A stretch of 64,000 nucleotides of DNA from a virus (taxonomy: Duplodnaviria > Caudoviricetes), in IMG/VR virus record IMGVR_UViG_3300037467_002029, positions 18,212-82,211 of that record; one strand, 5' to 3'. Under the pieces are notes generated by a model. It did not search any database, was not told the origin of the DNA, and was given only the letters and a program-made list of their open reading frames with translations. Of this stretch, positions 27,759 to 36,101 are shown piece after piece (positions within the stretch are counted from its first letter, which is position 1; each line of letters starts with the position of its first letter). A program made the position numbers and the translations under genes.

Positions 27759-30209
27759 ATGACAGACCGCGTTTTCGCCGACTTCGCCCCCTTCTACTGG
27801 GAGGCGGGGATCCCCGCCATGCCTCTCAAGGTGAGGAGCAAGGCACCGATCCTTTCGGAGTGGACCCAGTACGGCAGCAATATGCCGTCCGCCGCGGTTC
27901 GCGAGCACTGGCTGACCACTTATCCCCGCTCGAACATCGGTCTGCCATTTGGCCCGGCCAGCAAGCTCTGCGCGATCGACATCGACACCACCGATGAAGC
28001 GCTGGTCAAGGCGATTGAGGATTGCCTGCCGGCTACCCCTTGGCGCCGCGTCGGCAAGAAGGGCTGTGCACTGGTCTTCAAATGGCAGGGCCAGAAGAAC
28101 TTCAAGATCCGATCCGACGAGGGGATGATCTGCGAGTTCCTCGGGCTCGGCAACCAGTTGGTCCTCCCACCCAGTATTCATCCTGATACGGGCGAAGCCT
28201 ACACGGCGACGACGAACCTATGGGAGGTGATGGACCAGATCCCGGCGCTCGGGGTCGATATCGAGGACCGCCTGCGCGCGGCGCTCGGCGTCAAGGGCGT
28301 GACGCTCTCGCACGAAGGGCGCTCCAAGCCTCTGGACGTCGTCCCCTCCGGTGAGCGCGACATCCAGCTCGTCCGTCACGCCGGCTACCTCGCGCGCGTG
28401 GTCTTCGGGCTCGACAAGCAGACCAGGTTCTCGCTCGTCGAAGCGATGCAGCACATGCACCATTGGGTCGAGAACTTCACCGCGCGCGTCGCGGGCGACG
28501 ACATGGATCCGCAAAAGGGCATCGCCAAGCTGCTCGAATTCCTCCTTCGCGACATCGAGGGTGGCCGCACCCTGCCCGAGGGATGGGACGCGAACCTGAC
28601 TGACGAGCTGCGCGCTCACCCGACGATTGCGACGATCGCCGAGAAGAACAAGGCCGAACGCTGGGACTTCGTTCGGGCCCGCGAATGGCTGATCGAGCAA
28701 GTGAGTGCGAAACAGGACGACGACCGCTGGGCGCTGCAGAAGGTCCGCGAGGTCGTCGACAAGGTCGCCGCGGACGAGCAGTTCGACGAGTTCGAGTTCG
28801 ACACCCTGATCCCAACGATCGAGAGCTGCCTCGGCAAGGGCGCGAAGATGGCGCGCGCCGCGATCAAGAAGATGTTCAAGGAAGCGCGCGCCACCGGCGG
28901 TGAGGTCGAGATGGCCGAAGATCACGAAGGCATCGCGCGCCAGGTGATCGAGGACATGGGTCGCGGTGGTGAGCTTCGCCACGCTCACGGCAGCTTCTGG
29001 CAGTGGAGCGGTTCGTGCTTCGCTCAGCTCACCGACGCGGTGATCTACCGGCACATTGCCGAGCGCGTGAAGGGCAACGTGCTGTCGAAGCGGCACTCCG
29101 ACTACGCTGCGATCGTGAAGACGATCGGAATGCTGGTCGACGCGCCGCTTGAGGAAAACCCTGAGCTCGGGATCAACTTCGCCAACGGGTTTCTCGACAT
29201 GAACCTGGCGCTGCACGAGCACTCGCCGACCTTCGGCAAGACCTTCACGATGCCGTTCAACTACGTCCCGGCCCGCCGGCACGAGTGCCACCGGTTTCTC
29301 GAGATGCTCGAGCGCGCGTGGGGCGACGATCCGGACTTCGACGACAAGGTGAAGGCGCTTCAGGAGGTCATGGCCGCGACGATGTTCGGCATCGGCCCGC
29401 GGTACCAGCGCGCCATACTTCTGTACGGCCAAGGTGGCACCGGCAAATCCCAGCTGCTCGATATCCTCGGGGCGATGATGCCCGACAACGCAGTTTGCGC
29501 GCTGCCGCCGCACAAGTGGGGCGAGCGGTTCTCGCTGACCTCGATGGTCGGCAAGGTGCTGAACGTCTGCGGCGAGCTCCCCGAGGATTCGATGATCTCC
29601 GGCGAGCGCTTCAAGGGCGTCGTCTGCGGCGAGCCGCAGGACACCGAGTACAAAGGCAAGGACGGGTTCACGTTCGCGCCGATGTGCGCGCACTGGTTCG
29701 CCTCGAACCACTTGCCGCGGTCGAGGGATACGTCGGACGGGTTCATCAGGCGTTGGATCATCTTCGAGTTCACCCGCAAGATCGCCGAGAGCGAGCGGAT
29801 CCTCGACTTCTCCAAGATCGTGATTGCCGAGGAGCGCGAGGCGATCGCGGCCTGGGTGGTCGAGGCGTTGCCGCGGCTGCTGCAGCAGCGCGAGTACACC
29901 CTCCCCGCCTCACACCGTCGGTTGGAAAACCTAGTTTTACGGTCGAATAATTCCGTCGCCGCTTTCCTGCAGAGCTGCGAGCGAGTGAGGCCCGACGCCG
30001 AGAGCACCGCCGACTGCCGCACGGTGTTCGACCAGTACATCTTCTACATGAAGGACGTCAGCAAAGGTTACGGCGTCACCTTCGAGCGCTTCAAAGCGAT
30101 GCTCGAGGGGCTCGGTTACAAGGTGGTCGAGTACTCCGACGAGATGAAAGTCACCCGTGACAGGGTGAAGGGGCTCAAAGTCGTGGTTCCGGCGGGGGTG
30201 AAGCCTTGA
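27759..30209 (+). CDS. Prim-Pol primase fused to SF3 (D5/P4-like) helicase
   Basis: N-terminal NIGL..G...AIDID...LVLPPSIHPDTG; C-terminal GQGGTGKS Walker A, NVCGEL and FASNHLP...RRW. Confidence 0.9.
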   Translation: MTDRVFADFAPFYWEAGIPAMPLKVRSKAPILSEWTQYGSNMPSAAVREHWLTTYPRSNIGLPFGPASKLCAIDIDTTDEALVKAIEDCLPATPWRRVGKKGCALVFKWQGQKNFKIRSDEGMICEFLGLGNQLVLPPSIHPDTGEAYTATTNLWEVMDQIPALGVDIEDRLRAALGVKGVTLSHEGRSKPLDVVPSGERDIQLVRHAGYLARVVFGLDKQTRFSLVEAMQHMHHWVENFTARVAGDDMDPQKGIAKLLEFLLRDIEGGRTLPEGWDANLTDELRAHPTIATIAEKNKAERWDFVRAREWLIEQVSAKQDDDRWALQKVREVVDKVAADEQFDEFEFDTLIPTIESCLGKGAKMARAAIKKMFKEARATGGEVEMAEDHEGIARQVIEDMGRGGELRHAHGSFWQWSGSCFAQLTDAVIYRHIAERVKGNVLSKRHSDYAAIVKTIGMLVDAPLEENPELGINFANGFLDMNLALHEHSPTFGKTFTMPFNYVPARRHECHRFLEMLERAWGDDPDFDDKVKALQEVMAATMFGIGPRYQRAILLYGQGGTGKSQLLDILGAMMPDNAVCALPPHKWGERFSLTSMVGKVLNVCGELPEDSMISGERFKGVVCGEPQDTEYKGKDGFTFAPMCAHWFASNHLPRSRDTSDGFIRRWIIFEFTRKIAESERILDFSKIVIAEEREAIAAWVVEALPRLLQQREYTLPASHRRLENLVLRSNNSVAAFLQSCERVRPDAESTADCRTVFDQYIFYMKDVSKGYGVTFERFKAMLEGLGYKVVEYSDEMKVTRDRVKGLKVVVPAGVKP

Positions 30210-30457
30210 GCGTCTACGTCGAGCCTCACGCCCTGGCTCAAATGACTGCCGACTCCCCCGTTGAGCTGCTCGATGCGACCGAAAGGCTCGGCATCGAAGC
30301 GACCGGGGTCGTGGTGCAGCTTTCAGTCAGAACTCGCGGAATTGCTGTGGGTATGGGTGCGATCGAGCTGTCCAGGCGCGAATTTGTCGCGAAACTCGAC
30401 GAAATTAACGACAATGGGCGCGGTTTTGGGCCTAATTTGGCTCAGATTTGCAGGTAA
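30206..30457 (+). CDS. Hypothetical protein
   Basis: 83 aa, overlaps the primase stop. Confidence 0.5.
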   Translation: MSVYVEPHALAQMTADSPVELLDATERLGIEATGVVVQLSVRTRGIAVGMGAIELSRREFVAKLDEINDNGRGFGPNLAQICR

Positions 30458-30813
30458 TCGTACACAAATACGGGACTTGTGACTTAGGAAAAAGCGAAAA
30501 TTACCCCCGGACAATTTGGGGATGATCCGTCTTAGTGTGACGTTTCCCCACAACAAGAACGTGGCACCCTTCCTCGCCTAAGTGCTTGGAAACGTTCATC
30601 TTTCTGGCACCATGTATAACGATGTCAGTGTGTTACTAATACTATACAAGTATTGGTATTCTACCTGGTAGGCCCGTCTATGGTGAGCACATGGACAGGC
30701 AAACGCCCCTCTCGGGAGCCACGGCTCTCTTTGTGCCCTCGCCACTGGCGGGGGCGCAAGGCGTGCGCGCTGCCCATGCTTGGGAAATTTCCCATATTTC
30801 AGGAGATTGTGAC

Positions 30814-31470
30814 ATGACTGCCATTGCATTCGATATCGCGCACTATGGCGAAACGACGGAAGACTTGCGTCAGAAGGGAGTTTCTTTCGAAAACAAGGCA
30901 ACCGACTGGAGCCGAGAAGGCCTTTGCGGTCTCTTCTCCGGACGCATGACGGTTGGCGACATGACGGCGACACTATGCGCTATCCTGAAGCCCAAAATGG
31001 CCAACGGGAAGGCGGGAACAACGCTTTCCAGTCTTCGCAATGTGAAGGGCGGTGACGCTATCCGCAAGGTGGCGGAGGGCGTCATTGACGTCTTCGAAGC
31101 GTCCAACACTGGCGCTGTTGCGGAGGCTTTCCGCCCTGTTGCCATTGCCTTTGCGACGGCTTCACCGGACGCGCCCAAGTCTCTCAACGCACTACGCAAG
31201 GAGCTTGCCAAGCTGCGCGCTGAAGCGAGCAAGGCGGCCGTTGAGGCGGCGGACAACGCCAAGCCGGAAGGCGAAGGCGACGGCGAAGGCGAGGAAGCGC
31301 CGGAGGCGAAGACTTCGCTGGCCGTTGTCATTGAGCGCGCCGCGCTCGCCATTGCGGAGGCGTCCGCCGATGACCTTTTGCTGGCCGATGACGCGATTGC
31401 CTCACTGATGGAGACAATCAAGGCGCGTTATGCCGAAACCGCGGAGGCGGAAGAGGCACTCGCGGCCTGA
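30814..31470 (+). CDS. Hypothetical early protein (first gene of GATC-free region)
   Basis: AGGAG at 30801-30805, ATG 30814; 218 aa. Confidence 0.7.
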   Translation: MTAIAFDIAHYGETTEDLRQKGVSFENKATDWSREGLCGLFSGRMTVGDMTATLCAILKPKMANGKAGTTLSSLRNVKGGDAIRKVAEGVIDVFEASNTGAVAEAFRPVAIAFATASPDAPKSLNALRKELAKLRAEASKAAVEAADNAKPEGEGDGEGEEAPEAKTSLAVVIERAALAIAEASADDLLLADDAIASLMETIKARYAETAEAEEALAA

Positions 31471-31477
31471 TCCACAA

Positions 31478-31509
31478 AGCCCCGTTTGGGAAATTTCCCA
31501 AACGGGGCT
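31478..31509. repeat. 32-bp perfect palindrome
   Basis: AGCCCCGTTTGGGAAA-TTTCCCAAACGGGGCT, between two early genes. Confidence 0.95.
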
Positions 31510-31581
31510 CTTGCGAGGCGCGCGGCCTTCCCCCTCCACCGCGCGCCTCACAAGAGCCCCGTTCGACAGGAGATCGACGCC

Positions 31582-32079
31582 ATGCCTCGCGCCCACGTTC
31601 AAGGCTATGACAGCAACGCCGCGCAATTCGAGCGCATGGGCAATCCGTGGGTTTCCGAACGCGAGCGCGCGGAGTTTTCGGCCCCGAACAAGAAGGAGGC
31701 GCGCCAGAACCGCAATCCGCGACGCGGTGTGGATTTGGGAAATTTCCCAAAACCGGCGTTCGAGCGGTCCACTGATCCGCGCAAGCGGCGCCGCGATTTC
31801 ATTGCCCTCGCGTTGTCCCGGGTGGGTGGATCGCGAACCATTGTCCCGACGATCGCGAAGCCCGACGACGCCGTGGTCCGCGCGCCGGGGTTGACCGAGC
31901 TCAAGCCGCTCACATCGGAGCAGCTGGCCTTGCGCCAAGCCCAGCGCGACGCCGTTGCGGCGCGGCTGGAGGCGGGCGCGCTCGCCTACGCTGCGAGCGA
32001 GGCCGCGAAGGCGGCCGAGCGCAAGCGTCTGGAAGCCATTGTGAAGGCCGCACAGAACCGACTCGCTGCTTTGGGCTGA
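31582..32079 (+). CDS. Hypothetical early protein
   Basis: CAGGAGA RBS, ATG 31582; 165 aa. Confidence 0.65.
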   Translation: MPRAHVQGYDSNAAQFERMGNPWVSERERAEFSAPNKKEARQNRNPRRGVDLGNFPKPAFERSTDPRKRRRDFIALALSRVGGSRTIVPTIAKPDDAVVRAPGLTELKPLTSEQLALRQAQRDAVAARLEAGALAYAASEAAKAAERKRLEAIVKAAQNRLAALG

Positions 32080-32228
32080 AACTTGAAGTGACTAGGTCAC
32101 TTGTGCGGGTTGGCGAGGGCCAGTTGCTTCTTTGGGCTGGAAATTGAAGTGACTAGGTCACTTGTGCGGGTTGGCGAGGGCCAGTTGCTTCTTTGGGCTG
32201 GAAATTGAAGTGACTAGGTCACTTGTGT
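32069..32228. repeat. 61-bp tandem repeat (~2.6 copies), each copy with AAGTGACTAGGTCACTT
   Basis: Units start at 32069, 32130 and 32191; palindromes at 32086-32102, 32147-32163 and 32208-32224. Confidence 0.95.
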
Positions 32229-32340
32229 GGGGTGCCAACTGTTGGTGTATTTTGCCAGCTTTGGGTGGCGACAGTAGACCATGTAACCCCAAGGTTACAG
32301 CGAAAGTATTCGTATAACCCCCTTATTTACTTCATCCGGC

Positions 32341-32372
32341 TTCTATAAATATATAAAAAATAATTATATATA
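32341..32372. other. AT-rich tract (candidate unwinding element)
   Basis: TTCTATAAATATATAAAAAATAATTATATATA in a GC-rich genome, between direct and inverted repeat units. Confidence 0.6.
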
Positions 32373-32378
32373 GGGTAC

Positions 32379-32395
32379 TAGTGACTAAGTCACTT
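32379..32395. promoter_or_regulatory. 17-bp palindromic element
   Basis: TAGTGACTAAGTCACTT. Confidence 0.8.
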
Positions 32396-32403
32396 CGAAT
32401 TCC

Positions 32404-32466
32404 ACGCCAAAGGAGCAACTGGCCTTTTGGTTGGCCCCCGCAAGTGACTTAGTCACTTCAAGTTTC
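32404..32466 (-). repeat. Inverted copy of the 61-bp unit, with AAGTGACTTAGTCACTT at 32442-32458
   Basis: Reverse complement reads AAACTTGAAGTGACTAAGTCACTTGCGGGGGCCAACCAAAAGGCCAGTTGCTCCTTTGGC, matching the unit. Confidence 0.85.
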
Positions 32467-32484
32467 ACTCTATAGTTGCAACTC

Positions 32485-32516
32485 GCCCTCGCCGAACCCC
32501 TCGGCGAGGGCTTTTT
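32485..32516 (+). terminator. Intrinsic terminator-like hairpin
   Basis: GCCCTCGCCGA-ACCCC-TCGGCGAGGGC-TTTTT. Confidence 0.75.
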
Positions 32517-32648
32517 CGTGGGAGTACGTCCGATGACTAAAATTCGTTTCACCAATCGCTGCATCGTCGAGGTCCGCACCAAGGTCGAACCCCGCGCGAT
32601 CGTCACCAGCACCCGGCGGATTGCCGGCACCCTCCATCTGAGGCTCGC

Positions 32649-32843
32649 GTGATGCTGACCCGCATCGCTCTCGCCCTGATTGGGTGCGTTTGCATCTGGA
32701 CCGGCGTGTTCGCTGGCCTGAACTTCAACCCGCCGCCGCACGCAGACCCCGGCGCCGTCAACGCCTGTTGGCTCACCTTCATCACCCTGATCATCGCGGG
32801 CCACGCCTTCGTGATCAGCTCAGTCTGGAGGCTCGTGAAATGA
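32649..32843 (+). CDS. Small membrane protein (2 TM)
   Basis: Two hydrophobic segments; chained start/stop overlaps. Confidence 0.55.
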   Translation: MMLTRIALALIGCVCIWTGVFAGLNFNPPPHADPGAVNACWLTFITLIIAGHAFVISSVWRLVK

Positions 32844-32998
32844 CCGCCGCCGAATGCCTCGACATGGCTCTCAACGAGGAGCGCCTTGCCCGCGACTGCG
32901 GTGTCCACGACCCCGCCTTCGCCTTCCTGATCCGCGAGCGCGATTGGTGGCTCAACGAGGCCGCGCGCCTCGAGGAGATCGAAAACCAAGTGACCTAG
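32840..32998 (+). CDS. Hypothetical protein
   Basis: ATG 32840 overlapping the previous stop. Confidence 0.5.
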   Translation: MTAAECLDMALNEERLARDCGVHDPAFAFLIRERDWWLNEAARLEEIENQVT

Positions 32999-33004
32999 TC
33001 ACTT
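32988..33004. promoter_or_regulatory. 17-bp palindromic element
   Basis: AAGTGACCTAGTCACTT; contains the TAG stop of the upstream ORF. Confidence 0.8.
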
Positions 33005-33130
33005 CTTCATCCACGAATGACGCCCGTGGGCTGATCTGAATATCAAGGCGTCACCGACGGGGACCGGACAGTCCCTCTTCTGAACTTCAACTTCAAAGCG
33101 GGCTCCGCCCCGCCACGGGAGAACTTTGCC

Positions 33131-33472
33131 ATGATCAACACGACCCTGATCAGCGACCTGCCCCTGAGCAACGTCGCGAACATCGCACACTGGCAGGCCA
33201 ATCAGGCCTTGCGGGCTGGACGAAAAGCTCAGGAGTTGCACCGTTTGGCGGACGCCATTGGCCTGCCCGATGCAGAATCCAAGACACGCGCTCAGGCTCT
33301 CTCGTTTGAACATGAGTTCAGCGTCCACACCAACAAGATGTACGACGTGCTGGAGGCCTCGCGCTATCCCACCCTGACCACCGAGGCGCTTGTCCGCACC
33401 CTTGGCCGCTCCAAGGCCATGGTCCTCAAGATCAACCGTCCGCTGATCAACCTCGCGCTCCGAAACCAATAA
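33131..33472 (+). CDS. Hypothetical protein
   Basis: GGGAGA RBS; 113 aa. Confidence 0.6.
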   Translation: MINTTLISDLPLSNVANIAHWQANQALRAGRKAQELHRLADAIGLPDAESKTRAQALSFEHEFSVHTNKMYDVLEASRYPTLTTEALVRTLGRSKAMVLKINRPLINLALRNQ

Positions 33473-33678
33473 TGGATTGGACCCGCACGATCGACGAGAT
33501 CCTCGCCGTCTTCACCGACGGCGCGGACGTCGTCTTCAAGACCCGCGCCGGCCGCACGTTCCGTGTCTACGCGGAGTCCTTCATCCCCAACGCGAAGGCC
33601 TACGTCGTCGAGAAGATGAACGTCCCCGTCCGTATCCTCCACATGGGCGAGCGCTGCGAGTTCATCTTCGCCCTATGA
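33472..33678 (+). CDS. Hypothetical protein
   Basis: 68 aa, coupled to the previous ORF. Confidence 0.55.
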   Translation: MDWTRTIDEILAVFTDGADVVFKTRAGRTFRVYAESFIPNAKAYVVEKMNVPVRILHMGERCEFIFAL

Positions 33679-34094
33679 AACACGGCAACTTCGTTTTCGA
33701 GGCACGCCCGAGCTGGGAGGGACATGAACGCGAAGTTCTGATCCTCGCCCTCACCCCGGGCATCCCCTTCGAGTGGATCATCAAGGTCACCCGCATGGGC
33801 TCCGTCCGCAAGGCCGCCCTCCGCAGGATGATCGAGGCGGTCACCACCGAGGACCACGCCAAGGCCGAAGAGAATGCTGCTTCAATCACCGAACAGGACG
33901 GTTTCCGGATGCTCAAGGTCATTCCTCACGACTACCGCGGCGCCATCCCTCTGTACGCCCAGCTGTGGCTCCAGAGCACGCCCCAGACCGACGCCGAAGT
34001 CGCCCGCATCCTGGGCGTCAAGCGCGAGCGCGTCTGCCGTTGGCGCAACACCAACAACTTCGATCCCCTTACCGGAGTACGTATCCATGGATGA
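33675..34094 (+). CDS. Protein with C-terminal helix-turn-helix
   Basis: TDAEVARILGVKRERVCRWR is an HTH pattern. Confidence 0.6.
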   Translation: MKHGNFVFEARPSWEGHEREVLILALTPGIPFEWIIKVTRMGSVRKAALRRMIEAVTTEDHAKAEENAASITEQDGFRMLKVIPHDYRGAIPLYAQLWLQSTPQTDAEVARILGVKRERVCRWRNTNNFDPLTGVRIHG

Positions 34095-34365
34095 TCTCCA
34101 CTGGATGATGATCGCCCTCGAGGCGGCAAACATCACCAACGAACGCCTCGGCCCAGATCACCCACCGTGCATCCTCGGCGACGAGATGAACGATGACGAT
34201 CGCCGACAGGCTATCCGCGAGTATTTCGCCGAGGTCGAAGAGCTGACCGACGACGTTGTCGAGACAGCGCTCGATGAGCTCAAGCGTTGGGAAAATTCCC
34301 AACGCATCGCGATGCAGTTCGCCGACGCCCTGATCGGCTCCTTCATGCCGGCGAGGGCAGCGTGA
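34087..34365 (+). CDS. Hypothetical acidic protein
   Basis: ATG 34087, coupled to the previous ORF. Confidence 0.55.
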   Translation: MDDLHWMMIALEAANITNERLGPDHPPCILGDEMNDDDRRQAIREYFAEVEELTDDVVETALDELKRWENSQRIAMQFADALIGSFMPARAA

Positions 34366-34539
34366 TCAACCCCTACCTCGCCTCCCAACTTAAGCACGCC
34401 AAGCGCGTCTTCGCCCGGTCCAACCGGCCCATCCTCGCCGCCGAGACCCGCAGCGTGCTCGGCGCCCTCGCCGACGCCCGTGAACCCGACGAGTCCGAGG
34501 CCCACCGCCTCGTTCGTCTCGCCTTTGGAGACCCGATCA

Positions 34540-34875
34540 ATGCATGACATCTTAGTCCGCGCCCGCGAGCTTATCGCCGACCCTGCCCACTGGTGCCAGG
34601 AAGTCTACAGCTTCGACGGCCCCCTCACTGACCCTGACACGAGGTGTTTTTGCACCTTGGGCGCGATCAATCGCGCCGTCCTCGAGAAGCACCAGAAGCT
34701 CGGTGTATTCGAGCACGAAGACGACGCCATTAACTTCGCCGAAGGCACACCCGAGGCCGCGGCAGCGATCGAGCATCTTCACAAGATGCTCGACGGATGT
34801 TCCGTCGCTGAGTTCAACGACGAACACGATCATGAGGAAGTGATCGCCCTCCTCGATCAGGCGATCGCAGCATGA
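34540..34875 (+). CDS. DUF6197-like phage protein
   Basis: ARELIA...WCQ...CFCTLGAI...FNDEH.HEEVIALLDQAI pattern. Confidence 0.55.
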   Translation: MHDILVRARELIADPAHWCQEVYSFDGPLTDPDTRCFCTLGAINRAVLEKHQKLGVFEHEDDAINFAEGTPEAAAAIEHLHKMLDGCSVAEFNDEHDHEEVIALLDQAIAA

Positions 34876-34986
34876 CCCGCCTCGGCCACCGCACCTACCT
34901 CGACAACCCGAGGCTCATCCGCACCGAACGCAACGATGATCTCATCGAGCGCGTGATCCGCGCCAAACAGAGAGGATACCAGGACG

Positions 34987-35316
34987 ATGTCCGTGTTGCA
35001 GCTTGACCTCAACAACCTCACCCCCGCCCACCTCGCCGAGGCCAAGCCTCACTGCGGTGACTACTGCCGTTACTTCGCGCCCTGCATCATCGGCACGATC
35101 GTGCCCAAGGAGCAGCGCCGAACGTTGGACTACAGCGACACGGAACATCCGAACCTGGCCGACTCCGCAATCGGCACGCTCCTCCAAAACCGGTTCGTCT
35201 CGTTCCCGAACAAGGGCCAGGAGAAAGACGCCATCGCCATGCAGGCCGCGTTCGATGCGGGCGACTGGGATGATGTTGAGCAGATCGCCGAGAGGTACAT
35301 CAATGCTGCAGCTTGA
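34987..35316 (+). CDS. Hypothetical protein (tandem paralog A)
   Basis: LQLDLNNLT..HL...PH...C.Y..PCIIGT. Confidence 0.65.
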   Translation: MSVLQLDLNNLTPAHLAEAKPHCGDYCRYFAPCIIGTIVPKEQRRTLDYSDTEHPNLADSAIGTLLQNRFVSFPNKGQEKDAIAMQAAFDAGDWDDVEQIAERYINAAA

Positions 35317-35626
35317 CCTCAACGACCTCACGTCCACCCACCTCGAGCAGTGTCGACCTCACCTGGGCACGTGCCAATACGCCTCACCCTGTATCATCGG
35401 CACGCTGATCCCGCCCGAGCTTCGCAAGAAGCTGGATGATGGGACGGTCCGCGACGAGGACGGCGTCGCCATGTTGCGCCCTTCGGTGTCGCGCCTGGTC
35501 GGCGCCAAGTTCATCCAATTCGCGGACGACGAGCAAGCGCACGACGCGCTCCGGATGCAACGCGCTTTCGATGTCGAGAACTGGGCCCGGGTCCAGGAGA
35601 TAGCCTCGAGGTACATCACCCCATGA
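35303..35626 (+). CDS. Hypothetical protein (tandem paralog B)
   Basis: ATG 35303; LQLDLNDLT..HL...PH..C.Y..PCIIGT. Confidence 0.65.
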   Translation: MLQLDLNDLTSTHLEQCRPHLGTCQYASPCIIGTLIPPELRKKLDDGTVRDEDGVAMLRPSVSRLVGAKFIQFADDEQAHDALRMQRAFDVENWARVQEIASRYITP

Positions 35627-35780
35627 CCGACCCCCTTCGCGCCCTGACCCAATGCGAGGACGCCGCGCGCGAACTCCGCAACATGATGAAGCGACGAGAC
35701 ACCGCTGTTGTCCCGTCCGACGTCGAGCGCCTCGCCAACGCTGTGACCCAGGGCTTCCAGGCTATTCGGGAGTTGTTGCA

Positions 35781-36101
35781 ATGACCATCGAACTCGGCCG
35801 CACATACCGTGACGGCTACAATCGCCCGGTCCGCATCATCGCCACCGATGCGAAGAGATCCTTCACCCCGATCATCGGTCTCGTCACCACGGACGATGGC
35901 ACCGAACTGATGGAAGCCTATCGCGAGACCGGCGAGGTCTACCCGATGAGCAACAGCAGGCGGAACCTCATCATTCCGCGCCGCTACATCGACCTCGAGA
36001 ACGCCAAGAGCCTGATCCGCGCCCGCCAGGACGACTTTGCAATGGCTCACCTCAACATCATCCTCGAGGATCTCTCGACGATGCCGTTCGAGGAGCTGTG
36101 A
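35781..36101 (+). CDS. Hypothetical protein with G.tYrxRdG-type small beta domain
   Basis: ATG 35781; GRTYRDGYNRPVRIIATD...PIIG. Confidence 0.55.
   Translation: MTIELGRTYRDGYNRPVRIIATDAKRSFTPIIGLVTTDDGTELMEAYRETGEVYPMSNSRRNLIIPRRYIDLENAKSLIRARQDDFAMAHLNIILEDLSTMPFEEL

Noticed and set aside
30690-30730. c-di-GMP-I riboswitch suggested by GGCAAAC
   Set aside because: It lacks the GAAA tetraloop/receptor and the downstream conserved GACGCAAAG.
30781-30794. GGGAAATTTCCC equals the eukaryotic NF-kappaB consensus
   Set aside because: Not meaningful in a bacteriophage.
31468-31476. TGATCCACA, a Caulobacter-type DnaA G-box next to the 32-bp palindrome
   Set aside because: A single 9-mer is expected by chance in 64 kb, and TGATCCAC recurs in coding regions.
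32069-32228. CRISPR array
   Set aside because: The units are contiguous and near-identical with no unique spacers, and there are no cas genes.
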